Assembly: GCA_963837955.1 (NCBI GenBank)
Contig: CAWIPH010000002.1
Span: 3,456,001-3,520,000, forward strand
Source of the DNA: an uncultured Verrucomicrobiae bacterium
GTDB lineage: Bacteria > Verrucomicrobiota > Verrucomicrobiia > Chthoniobacterales > JAFAMB01
DNA length: 64,000 nucleotides
Direction of reading: 5' to 3'
Positions 52,412 to 62,404 of the stretch are shown piece by piece (the stretch's first letter is position 1; each line of letters begins with the position of its first letter). The position numbers were made by a program, and so were the translations under genes. The notes beneath the pieces were generated by a model. The model worked only from the letters and a program-made list of their open reading frames with translations, searched no databases and was not told the origin of the DNA.

Positions 52412-54328
52412 ATGCCGCAAAATTCTGCCGCACTCCATCTCCCCGAAGATCCACTGAAGGATCTGATCAACGAAAACTTCATCCAGTACGCTTCTTACGT
52501 CATCCGGGATCGGGCCATACCTCAGCTTGAGGATGGGCTTAAGCCGGTCCAGAGGCGCATTCTCCACGCGCTCTACGAAAAAGATGACGGCCGATTCAAC
52601 AAGGTCGCGAACATTGTTGGACATTCCATGCAATACCATCCCCATGGGGATGCTTCGATCGAAGACGCGCTCGTCAATCTTACCAACCGCAGTTATCTAA
52701 TCGAAGGACAGGGAAACTTCGGAAACATACTGACTGGAGATCCCGCCGCGGCTTCCCGTTACATCGAGTGCCGGCTCACCGAACTGGCGCGAAACGAGTT
52801 ATTCAATCCGAAACTCACCGAATACGTTCCTAGTTATGATGGCCGAAATCGCGAACCGCTTTTGCTTCCGGCCAAATTGCCGTTGCTGTTGATGCTCGGT
52901 TCGGAAGGGATCGCGGTCGGACTCTCCACTCGAATTCTGCCGCATAATTTCGTCGAGCTGATCAAGGCGCAGATCGCCGTGTTGCAAAATAGGCGTTTCC
53001 GCCTTCTTCCGGACTTTCCGCAAGGCGGCTTGATGGACCCATCCGACTACAACAAAGGAAACGGCAAAATCAAAGTACGCGCCAAGATCGAGAAGCGAGA
53101 GAATAACCAATTAGTGGTGCGAGAGCTGCCATTTGGAACCACCACGGAGACATTGATCGCCTCGATCGAAGATGCCGCTCGGAAGAAGAAAATCAAAATC
53201 CGTTCGATCAACGATTTCACTGCGGCAAAAGTGGAAATCGTCATTACGCTTTCTCCGGGAGAAGATCTGGAGAAAACCATTGCCGCCCTGTATCACTTCT
53301 CGCAATGCGAGATGACGATCCATTCCAATCTGGTCGTGATCCAAGGCGACCGGCCCGTCCAAATGGATGTCGAGCAGGTGATTCGGTCGAACACCGATCA
53401 ACTGGTTCACTTGCTGAAACGGGAATTGGAAATCAGCGAGAGCGAAAACAACGATGAACTCCACCGCAAGTCGCTGATTCAACTATTCATCGAGCACCGC
53501 ATTTACAAGAAGATCGAAGATTGCGAGACGTACGAAGCAGTGCAAAAGGCGGTGCTGCGCGGCCTGGCGCCGCACCGGCCGCAGCTTACTCGTGACATCA
53601 CTCCGGAAGATGTAGAGATGCTCCTGGGTCTCCCCATCAAGCGCATTTCCAAGTTCGATCTGCAGAAAAATAATGAAGAGAAAGCGAAGATCGTCCAGGA
53701 ACTGAAAGAGATTCGGCAGAATCTACGTCGCCTTGTTCCCTACGCGATTGCCTACTTGGAAGAGCTCATCACTAAATACGGAAAGACTTACAAACGCCGC
53801 ACCCAGTTGACTGAGGCAGAGGAGATTGACGTTCGCGAACTCACTGCGGAAGAACTGCCGATCGTGTACGATCAGGAACGCGGGTTCCTTGGATCGGAAG
53901 TGAAAGGTGAGGCCGCGTTTCGCTGTTCTCCGTTGGATCGACTGATGCTCGTCTGGGAGAATGGGCGTTATCAAATGATCCCTCCGCCCGAAAGATTGTT
54001 TGTGGATAAGGATCTACTCTATTTCGGAATTTACGATCGAGATCGAGTTTTCACGATCGTCTATAGCACGTCGAAGGCCACTTTTTTGAAGCGGTTTGCG
54101 TTTGGAGGTGCGATCATGAACCGCGATTATTCGTGTACGCAGGAAGGAGCAAAGATCCGCTTTATCACCGATAAGCCCGTAAAAGAGCTTCGCCTTAAAT
54201 ATCGCCACACCAAAGGTTCGCGGGTTGACGAGCAGACTTTTGCGACGAGCGACATCATCGTCCGGGGACCAAAAGCCCGCGGTCTCCAAGTGACCAAGCG
54301 AACAGTCACCAGCGTTTTTGGGAAGTAG
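52412..54328 (+). CDS. parC: Type IIA topoisomerase subunit A (short ParC-like)
   Basis: RAIP..DGLKPVQRR, YHPHGD, catalytic AASRYIE, GIAVG, PDFPQGG; short C-terminal domain. Confidence 0.85.
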   Translation: MPQNSAALHLPEDPLKDLINENFIQYASYVIRDRAIPQLEDGLKPVQRRILHALYEKDDGRFNKVANIVGHSMQYHPHGDASIEDALVNLTNRSYLIEGQGNFGNILTGDPAAASRYIECRLTELARNELFNPKLTEYVPSYDGRNREPLLLPAKLPLLLMLGSEGIAVGLSTRILPHNFVELIKAQIAVLQNRRFRLLPDFPQGGLMDPSDYNKGNGKIKVRAKIEKRENNQLVVRELPFGTTTETLIASIEDAARKKKIKIRSINDFTAAKVEIVITLSPGEDLEKTIAALYHFSQCEMTIHSNLVVIQGDRPVQMDVEQVIRSNTDQLVHLLKRELEISESENNDELHRKSLIQLFIEHRIYKKIEDCETYEAVQKAVLRGLAPHRPQLTRDITPEDVEMLLGLPIKRISKFDLQKNNEEKAKIVQELKEIRQNLRRLVPYAIAYLEELITKYGKTYKRRTQLTEAEEIDVRELTAEELPIVYDQERGFLGSEVKGEAAFRCSPLDRLMLVWENGRYQMIPPPERLFVDKDLLYFGIYDRDRVFTIVYSTSKATFLKRFAFGGAIMNRDYSCTQEGAKIRFITDKPVKELRLKYRHTKGSRVDEQTFATSDIIVRGPKARGLQVTKRTVTSVFGK

Positions 54329-54494
54329 TTGGCAGCCCTAAGTCAGGTGCGCATTCGAAAAACGCATCGAGCCTCGAACGTCCGGGATGGGGTAAAATCA
54401 CGAATGAATCAAGGCGATCTCGCCGACTTGTCCGCAATAGCAATCGCGATCTGCAGGTATATCCACCGTGACTGCTGCAACGGCGGAGACGGTA

Positions 54495-56381
54495 TCAGGC
54501 TTTCGCCCCTGCCGATTCCTGTCTCCCGGATTCTGATAGCGGATACATCTTGGCCAATTCTTCCGCAACGACCGCTAATTTCTCTTCGACTCCAGGATGT
54601 AGTTTCGGACCTTCGTGCGACACGACCAAGAAGACGTCATCGGCTTGCGATGCAGTAAGAAATTCGTCTCCCACCTGAAAAGTCGCTAACCGCGTATCCC
54701 CTCTTTGTCGTTCCTGCGTTCGATTCGGCAAATTCTTGAATAAGAGTTCATAATCGCGACCCGGAGTCTTCAATTGCTCGCTAAGACGCTCCGGCAAGTC
54801 GCCTCCTAGAACGGCGCCGCGCTGCCGGACAACTAGAGCGTTTTCGATCCCAGGAAGCTCCGAAACCAAATGCGCCACGCGGTTCGCATCGAGGGTTTCT
54901 TCAGTAAAGAACTCACTTTCGAGTCGATAAGAATCCCAGGACTGAGTCACAGCCGGCAGCGGCTCGTTCTTCAACAGCGGAAGCGCCGGTTCTTTCGCAG
55001 GACGCACAATTTCTTGAGTGACAAAGGCTTCGTCTCGTTCCCGATCCTTCGGCTCGACCGGTTCCTCTTTCACAGGTAATGACTTCGGTTCTTGTATTGC
55101 CATCGACCTGGCGGCCGCCTCCTCCTCTTGCGGCTTCTCGACAACCGGCAATGGCGCCGGCTCCCGGATTTCCACTAACTTAGAAATTGTCTGCTCCTGC
55201 TCAGCAACGGGCAAGGGCCCCGGCTCTCGAGTTTCGACAACCTTAGAAACCGTCTCCTCATGCTGCTTCTCAACAACTGGCGGCGGCGCCGGCTCCTGAA
55301 TTTCGACTCGCCTGGAAACCGTATCGTCGCGTTCCTTCTCAACAACTGGCACCGGTTTCGGCTCACGTTCCTGAATTTCCACCAACTTAGAAACCGCTTC
55401 GTCATGCTCCTTCTCAGTGGTCGCCAGGGCGGTGCGCGCTTCGTCCAACCGCTCCAGGGTTTCGGCATACGAAAATCGAGCTGTATTCAGACGACCCTGC
55501 AAGCCGGCAAACTCGGATTCGACCCGATCCCGCTCACTTGCCAATCTGATCCGCTCTTTATCGATCCGCTCAATCTCTTCTTTCATTTGCTGGATCTCGC
55601 CCCGCATTGATTCTGTCCCGCGGCCAACCAGAGCTATTCGTTGAGCGTTGGTTCGGACGTCGCGGGTACTCGTTAACTCCGCCAGGTGCCGGTCCATCAC
55701 CGTCACCTCCTGGATCAGTGCCTCTCGAGCTACTAGACGCTCATCCAGCTCCTTCCGGATCGGTTCCAATTGTTGCAAGCCGATCTGCCGCTTCTCGTGC
55801 AAATCAGTAACTTCGGTTTTCGCGCTTTCTATCTCATCCCGCAGGGCACCGTGCTGGAGGTGTAATTCGGCTAATTGGGCGGAAGCAACAGCTACCTGAC
55901 TTCTCGCGTCTTCGATTTCGTTTTTGATTGTGACTAGCTCGTCCTGACACTGCAGATATTTGCGCCGGTCCGTTTGCAACTGGTATTGGGCGCGGGAAAT
56001 CTCGTCAATTACTCGGCTATGATCCGACAAGCGGGTATTGAGCTCATCCTCGGCGATTGAAACTTGGCGCTTGACGCCCGCGACCTCTTTCTTCGCTTCC
56101 TCGACATCGAGCATGACGCGAGCGAGCACACGTTGAGCCTTCTCGTTTTCAATCTTGTTCCGCATCAGCGCTGATAAAGAGCCGAGAAGCTCTTCTTCAG
56201 TCTTCGCCAGAACAGCTCGGGTCAGTTCAGGATCCATCCGGAGCCATGGAGGGGTATAGCTCTGTTCCGAAAGAGCCTGGGCTTGGTCCAAGCCGAAACT
56301 TAACTCCCCGGGAGATTCAACAGAGGGCTGCACACCTTCATTGGAAACCCCGCCGCCTGGCGTGTCGGTCTCATTTGCCAT
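54495..56381 (-). CDS. Long coiled-coil protein with Pro/Glu repeats and a C-terminal Roadblock/LC7-like domain
   Basis: Long heptad region; five repeats of about 22 aa (V[ST]KxVEI[QR]EPxPxPV); VSELPGIENALVV..GAVLGG; start MANET inferred. Confidence 0.7.
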   Translation of the reverse strand: MANETDTPGGGVSNEGVQPSVESPGELSFGLDQAQALSEQSYTPPWLRMDPELTRAVLAKTEEELLGSLSALMRNKIENEKAQRVLARVMLDVEEAKKEVAGVKRQVSIAEDELNTRLSDHSRVIDEISRAQYQLQTDRRKYLQCQDELVTIKNEIEDARSQVAVASAQLAELHLQHGALRDEIESAKTEVTDLHEKRQIGLQQLEPIRKELDERLVAREALIQEVTVMDRHLAELTSTRDVRTNAQRIALVGRGTESMRGEIQQMKEEIERIDKERIRLASERDRVESEFAGLQGRLNTARFSYAETLERLDEARTALATTEKEHDEAVSKLVEIQEREPKPVPVVEKERDDTVSRRVEIQEPAPPPVVEKQHEETVSKVVETREPGPLPVAEQEQTISKLVEIREPAPLPVVEKPQEEEAAARSMAIQEPKSLPVKEEPVEPKDRERDEAFVTQEIVRPAKEPALPLLKNEPLPAVTQSWDSYRLESEFFTEETLDANRVAHLVSELPGIENALVVRQRGAVLGGDLPERLSEQLKTPGRDYELLFKNLPNRTQERQRGDTRLATFQVGDEFLTASQADDVFLVVSHEGPKLHPGVEEKLAVVAEELAKMYPLSESGRQESAGAKA

Positions 56382-56505
56382 AAAAGCCACCTTTCTACTT
56401 AGGTTTGTCTGCGCCTGTCGAGGAGAAACGAACCTTTTATATCGGAGTAGCGATGTTTCAAGGCCCAACATTTGGACCACCCTTCCCGGGGTTAAAACCC
56501 CGAGC

Positions 56506-56684
56506 GGGAGGGCGCACGTTCCTCGTGCGCAGTGGATCGCGAGGATCCGACGTGAGGGGAGGCAGTAAGCGGGCGCTGGGAACCGGATACGCTGAGTACG
56601 CCGAAGGCGTTAGGGGACTCAGCCCGCGGTTGAGGCTTTGCGTAACCCCGGGACCTCCCAAATGCGCGTGCGCTCTCATAAGGA
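56506..56684. repeat. Left arm of a composite REPIN (families A+B), interrupted by IS110
   Basis: Reverse complement of 58695-58887. Confidence 0.88.
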
Positions 56685-56726
56685 ACATGGTGGAGTTTAG
56701 CGTGGAGTTCACAGCGGAGATCGGTC

Positions 56727-58135
56727 TCAGGTAGCGATAGGAGTCAGTTGGTAGCCCATCTGGCGGGCAGCAGAGGAGAGTCGTTTGAGACGTCGGGTCT
56801 GATTGGCCTTTTCGTAAGCAGCAAAGATGGTCAGATCAAAGGGGACTCGATGAACGATGAGGTGCCAGAGGATTCTGGCTAATTGGTGGGCCATGGCGGT
56901 GATAGCCTTGGGAGCACCTAGTTTGGCGCGCAAGCGTCGGTATTTGTCTCCCAGGTAGCTCTTATCATGGTGCAAGGAAGAGGCAGCCATGCGCAATGCC
57001 TGTCGAACCCGATTTTGGCTGCGACGTGTCGCTCGCCGAAGACTTTGCTAGCGCTGGTCTCGTTATCCGGACACAGACAGAGCCAGGAACTAAAGTGGTG
57101 TGCGCTCTTGAAAGCACCCAGGTCATTACCTAGCTCGGTCATCAGGGTAATACCGGTGAGAACGCTGATGCTTGGGATAGCGGTCAGATCAACGCCAAAG
57201 AAGCGAGAGAGTTCTTCTCGCCAAGGCCCCGGGGGTTCATTCTTGCTGGTTTTCCTGCGCGGTTTGCTGGGCCGGGCAACGGGATGAGAGCGGGCTGCTT
57301 GCGTGCTCAAGCGCACGGTCTTGATCGGCTTGGCCAGAGTAGTACAGGCTTCCAATTGGCGGGTGTATTCCAGCAGCTGTTGATCACATTTTTGGATTTG
57401 GTGTTGAGCCTGCTTCCAATTTTCCCAGGCCACTTTTAAAACAAAGAGGTGTTCGCTGCGCCAATCGCCCTCCAAGGCTTTGACGATGGTTTGTTGGGAA
57501 GCTTTGATTCGGTGATCGCGATGCTTGGCCAATTGGTGTGGGTCTCGCTCACCCTCTAAAATGGCCTCGATGATCGCCAGCCCCGTCATGCCCGTCAGAT
57601 CGTCGATGACGTGGTGGAGCTTAATATTCATTTGATCCAAGGCCGCCTGCATATGCTGGAGATGCTGAGCAGCCTGGGTGAGCAGATTTTGCCGATAGCG
57701 GTAAATGCTCCGCGCGGCACAGATGGCTTGATCGGGCCGATAAGAAGCCCGCAATAGACCCACGCTGTGGAGGTACTGCAACCATTGACAGTCGCCCACG
57801 TCACTTTTGCGACCCGGTACATTTTTGACATGCCGGGCGTTGACTAAACAGACCTTCAGTCCGGCATCGGCCAGAAGCTGATAGAGTGGAATCGAGTAAA
57901 CACCGGTCGATTCCATTGCTACGGTACGAATCCCGCAATCTCGCAGCCACTGGACAATGGCCTTGAGCTCCTGAGTAAATGCACCAAATCTTCTGATTGG
58001 CTTCTCGCTACGATCAGGCGCTACAGCAACCCAGATTTCATTGGCTCCTACATCAATGCCAGCCGCATCGGGCTCTGGCTCGTGTAACGGTTTTGGCGCT
58101 TCGGACTTGGTTTTTGTCTTCTCGTGTTGTTTCAT
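56727..58135 (-). pseudogene. IS110 DEDD recombinase/transposase, frameshifted near 57041
   Basis: AAGIDVG, MESTGVY, GRKSDVGDCQWL, LCLCP..S; restoring one base gives KVLRRATRRSQNRVRQALRMAA, joining the 56727-56996 ORF (KAITAMAHQLAR). Confidence 0.9.
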
Positions 58136-58149
58136 TCTCTCGTTGATTA

Positions 58150-58340
58150 GCCAACGAAGGAGGCTTGGCTCAGACGGCGAAAGATCGAGACATTCTCATA
58201 AACGGGGTCTTGCAAGCACCACAGTGCTTTCCAGCCACCAGTGAAAAAATCGTAGCGTCTGATTCCATGCTGAAAGGCGGGTTTAGTTACTGCTAAACAC
58301 CACTGGGCAAGCGGATTACTTGCCAAGCCTCCTCGTTGCA
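58150..58340. ncRNA. Candidate IS110 bridge RNA
   Basis: Closing stem caacgaaggaggcttggc / gccaagcctcctcgttg enclosing two similar modules (..cggg-hairpin-cacca[g/c]tg); contains tctcataa, identical to the target flank. Confidence 0.6.
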
Positions 58341-58427
58341 TCCCTCCTCTTAGCGAAGGAAGACTCCACTACGCCACTAAATGAATGTTCCTACGGTGAA
58401 AAACACCCGCGCAGCCGGGTTGAAGGA

Positions 58428-58887
58428 GGAAAGAGCGCAAGACCGTCTGGAAGAACGGCGCTCATTACCCGGCTCCCTGACCACCGACTAGCCGGCCCAA
58501 TCGGCGACAACCGCCCTCTTGGATCCCCTCACTCGGTGGCGGCCGGTGCAGATTGTTGCTGCTGTCACCAAGCACCTCAACAGTGACGATTGGCGAACCA
58601 TTGACCCGATAATATTCGACGCGGTGGTCAAAGCTCCGTGATTTGGCGTTCGGTAATCGCGGCCGTTCGGTAGAAGGCTTCTTGCGCTCTTTCCTCTCAG
58701 AGCGGACGCGCATTTTTTTGGGTTTCCCGGGGTTACGCAAAGCCTCCACCCCGGGCTGAGTCCTCTAACGCCTTCGGCGTACCGGCGTAACCGCCGTATC
58801 CGGCTGCGCGCTTACTGCCTACTGCTTACTGCCTCCCCTCACGTCGCATCCTCGCGATCCACGGCGCACGAGGACGTGCGCCCTCCC
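58428..58887. repeat. Remainder of the composite REPIN (rest of left arm, interior, right arm)
   Basis: ggaaagagcgcaaga / tcttgcgctctttcc, tgaccaccg / cggtggtca and ccaatcg / cgattgg nested inverted repeats. Confidence 0.85.
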
Positions 58888-59043
58888 CCCTCCTGGGCAG
58901 AGAATCGAAAATCGTTCTCGCTAGTAACTGCAGCTCGCGGCTGCGTCCTGTTTGGCATTGCGTCTTCCGGAATAGTCACATCCCCGACAGCCAGTTCCGG
59001 AGCTTGACCTTTCTTTTCTCTGTTATATTTTCCCCTCCTCTTC

Positions 59044-59115
59044 GCCGGTATAGCTCAGTGGTAGAGCAGCGCATTCGTAATGCGCGGGTCGTCGGTTCAA
59101 GTCCGACTACCGGCT
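59044..59115 (+). tRNA. tRNA-Thr(CGT), CCA not encoded
   Basis: Acceptor gccggta/taccggc; D arm gctc-agtggta-gagc; anticodon stem gcgca-ttCGTaa-tgcgc; T loop ggttcaagtcc. Confidence 0.96.
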
Positions 59116-59446
59116 CCCCCTCGTAGAACCACTTAACTCGCTCATTCGTAGCCTGATGCGTAAATGATAGTTTTACTAACATCTACTGTATGATTGCCGC
59201 CACGGCAATCGCAGCCTGGGCCCCCTCGCCACCGCAAACAAAGAGCATTTCCAACGCTTTGTACCATACGGACTCACCCTCTTATCCCCAACTTAGGCAA
59301 AAGCGAACGACTTTTCTAACTGACGATCCCCCCTGGCGATGGCGTCGCAGCCCCAGTTATGATTGACGCAACTGACCAGAACGCTCAGACTTAAGCACGT
59401 TCTCCCAGAGACCTAACGCTAGCCCCCCGAAAAGAGATATCAAGCC

Positions 59447-59710
59447 ATGCCATATTTGCTCGCTCGTCACAAAGTTGCCGACTTTTCCACGTGGAAAGCT
59501 GGTTACGATTCCCATTCACAGGCCCGGCAGAAAGCGGGTCTCAAACAAGAGCATCTGCTGCGCAATATCGACAACCCAAACGAGGTAATCCTATTGTTTG
59601 AAGCAGAAGATATCCAAAAAGCGCGAGAGTTTGCTAACTCATCTGACTTGCGCGAAACCATGCAGAAGGTTGGGGTGGTTGATAAACCGGATATTTATTT
59701 TCTCAGTTAG
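59447..59710 (+). CDS. Small dimeric alpha-beta barrel (ABM/cyclase-like) protein
   Basis: RHKVADFSTWK..YD..R..AG; RNIDNPNEV; LRETMQKVGV..P. Confidence 0.8.
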   Translation: MPYLLARHKVADFSTWKAGYDSHSQARQKAGLKQEHLLRNIDNPNEVILLFEAEDIQKAREFANSSDLRETMQKVGVVDKPDIYFLS

Positions 59711-59922
59711 CGGCCTGCCAACCACTTGGCGGCGCGCCTCCACAAATCATCAGTCACTGAAATCCGCATAGGCTCAATCGTAGCCGGGATTCAGTATCAG
59801 CGCAGCGAAGGCCTCCAAACATCGCCTTGCGGATGCCTTAAGAAAGCGCCATGCGATGGCGAAGAAGTCGCAGACAGAGCGGTTTTAGGTTGTTTTGCCG
59901 TAACCGTTTTGCTTCTAGCATT

Positions 59923-60409
59923 ATGAGGAAGAGTTCGAGGTCAATCTCATTCCGCGCCGGCCACTTGGAGTTCGTCAAAATTAACGCCGCCAATTTTGAC
60001 ATACGAGACACTTATCATCTCATTTTGACCTTAACCTGGCCACGCTTCGCCGGAATGCTCCTGGCCATTTACATCTTGTTATTTTTCTTCGCCGGCTTGT
60101 ACTTACTTGGCGGAAACTGCATCGCCGAACTACCGTCGGGCTCGTTTTCTGATACCTTTTTTTTCAGCGTAGAAACCCTGAACACAGTTGGGTACGGACA
60201 CATGTACCCGGATACCTTCTACGGTCACGCGCCTGATGACATCGATCGTCTGCATCGACTCCGTAATTCCAGCGCCAGTCCAGTGCGCGACCGATTACAC
60301 CTACGACGATATTCTCTGGAACCGCCGTTTTGTGGAAATCTACACCGAGACCTCTGACGGTCGTCTAACTGTAGATTACGGCCGGTTTAACGATACCGAA
60401 CCGGCGTGA
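59923..60409 (+). pseudogene. Inward-rectifier (KirBac-like) K+ channel with a large internal deletion
   Basis: DTYHLILTLTW, FFFSVETLNTVGYGHMYP; then jumps frame at about 60229 to C-terminal YTYDDILWNRRFVEI..VDYGRFNDT. Confidence 0.82.
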
Positions 60410-60707
60410 CCCGGCATCGGCAGGCCATCTGATTAAACCCTGGCTCCGGAAGAAAACAAATCGGAAGAGTTAGCGAATGTCAAACTTAGCTTCGTCTGCG
60501 AATAAGCGACCTAGCTCTAGCTTTCTGCTCTGAGCGGCGTTCGCTTCGCCGTAAGATCTCGCCGACCAGGAGTGGAAAGTCACTTAAAGTGTGGGTTGCC
60601 GAAAAGCGATAGGTTTGATTACCGCGCGCGGCATGAGTTCTCGAAAACATAATGTGGCCCTTTCTAGTTTATGCAGCGGCACACTCCTCCTTGGTCCGCT
60701 ACTTCCA

Positions 60708-61266
60708 TCAACGCTTACCCACCACATATGAATCGGTGCGCAAAATCGGAAGGGCCCTTCGGACACGAGCCAGGTTGTCCGTGCTGCCGACGACCGTGAC
60801 TGGCGTCCCAATTTGGACTCGCTCGAAAAACAGGGCAGCGAGATCGCGCGGCATCCGCACGCATCCGTGGGACGCGGGAAATCCTGGAAGGTAACCGGCG
60901 TGCATCCCGACCGCCGGACTGAATTCCATGAAGTACGGCATCGGCGCGGGTTGATAATGGCTGCCCCTGGGTACATGGCTGCTCGGAGTCGCATTTGAGT
61001 TGACCACTCTTCCGTAAGCGTCGACGACCAACCCGAAGTTCCGAGAACATGACGAATCTTTGTTGAAAATCGCTGATGTTACCCCTCGGCGTTGACCAAC
61101 CAGGTTTACCGGAAGCAATAGGAGAAACCAGTGTGATTCTCCCTTGCTGTACCAGCGAGACTCTCTGATCAGACAAATTGATGATCACCCTGGTCTGCGC
61201 AGCCATCCCCGGGCTCCCCAACAGGAGCGCTGACAGTGCAATTACGAAATTAAGGTGTGTTTTCAT
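60708..61266 (-). pseudogene. L,D-transpeptidase (YkuD) with a frameshift near 61080
   Basis: Signal peptide and IINLSDQR..SPIASGKPGWSTPRG in one frame; APMPYFM, MHAGYLPGFPASHGCVRMP in another. Confidence 0.85.
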
Positions 61267-61831
61267 TGCGATTCCCCGGTTGTTCGGGCCGACGAAATCT
61301 AATTGGTGTGAGTGCTAATATTGGTTGAATTGTGAGGTCTCGGCAGCAAACGCAGTTCTTTTTCTTAACTAATCGAAGAAATTGACCACCACCCCTCCCG
61401 ACGACGTTCTCGCTTTGTTGGCTCATAGGGTTTTGAGGGTTGAGGTCCTTTAACTAAGATCATGAAGCTCGCCCCGCTCTATTAGCTTCTCCCATTCTCT
61501 TATCGCTGCTAAACGGTCGCCTGGGTATGACCGGGGCGACTACAGGCGTGATCGAATAAATCAAACGGGATCAAAACCTGAACGGTTCTGAAACGGAGTT
61601 ACCGGTCGCTGATACCTAGGGGGTTTGCTCAATTGCACGCATTAAAGGGTCGCCGAGCAACCGAAACTTCCGTTTAGGATCACATATAACATGTGAGCAC
61701 TGTGTTAGTATATTTCGAATAAATCGCTGCGATATTCATTCGGCGCATGTCATATTTTGTCGAGCCTCGATCCAGGGCTCTCAAAGCTTGCAGACAAAAA
61801 GCATTTGGATCTAACCTACCTTCACCCCCCT

Positions 61832-61981
61832 ATGGCTATAATACTTCTCGCAATTGTCTTGGCAGCGATAACCGGCGCGAACTATTTCGGAAGACCAATA
61901 ACGCGCACGATGTGGCTGGTTCTCTTCATCGTGTCGGTGGTCGCCCTGGTCCTGATTCTTTTGGCCTATTCTCATTTCTGA
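61832..61981 (+). CDS. Small two-TM hypothetical protein
   Basis: MAIILLAIVLAAITG..MWLVLFIVSVVALVLILLAY. Confidence 0.45.
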   Translation: MAIILLAIVLAAITGANYFGRPITRTMWLVLFIVSVVALVLILLAYSHF

Positions 61982-62218
61982 CGTTCGCGGCCTGCTGGCG
62001 CCTTTTCCGTAAATCGCTTTACCTCTGTGGGGCGAACCCGGTCAAAATATATTGCCGCTACGCATTGCGTTGTGTGCTTTGTGCCCCCATATGCAATTCG
62101 TTTTCGCCCCTATGCGTTAGCTCCAGCCAGAAACACATTTGAAGAAAGTTGTTGCCAGCACCACGCTAGAACTGCTAAATTTTTCAGACTGATTATCTAA
62201 ACAAATTTGCCAGCCCCC

Positions 62219-62404
62219 ATGGCTCTTATTGCGCTCATCGTTCTTACACTACTGGTCATTCGTGCCATCTATCTAGGACTTACGACGGAAGCACGGAGGA
62301 GGTCAGAGTTCGCTCGGGTCCGAACGCAAGCGGTATATCAAGAAACCGAAGAAATTCCCGAGCTGCACTTCGCTCCCAGGATATTCCGGAGTCGTTACTG
62401 GTGA
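62219..62404 (+). CDS. Small single-TM hypothetical protein
   Basis: Hydrophobic N-terminus followed by a charged tail. Confidence 0.4.
   Translation: MALIALIVLTLLVIRAIYLGLTTEARRRSEFARVRTQAVYQETEEIPELHFAPRIFRSRYW

Larger units (their letters stand above)
56685..58427 (-). mobile_element. IS110-family insertion sequence
   Basis: IS110 recombinase gene, about 290-bp non-coding end, AAGGA at both junctions (56680-56684 and 58423-58427); REP sequence resumes after 58427. Confidence 0.85.

Noticed and set aside
52029..52530. Short ORFs between parE and parC
   Set aside because: They translate the palindromic repeat and have no protein motifs
58320..58749. ORFs 58320-58586 and 58465-58749 as IS passenger genes
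   Set aside because: They lie across the IS end and the REPIN hairpin, with no coding signature
56506..58887. Composite transposon with 180-bp terminal inverted repeats
   Set aside because: The repeats are dispersed REP families seen elsewhere in the window, and the IS interrupts one arm rather than being bounded by them
59335..59372. Fluoride riboswitch-like start (ggcgatggcgtcgc)
   Set aside because: The rest of the consensus is not convincingly present and the downstream gene is not a fluoride exporter
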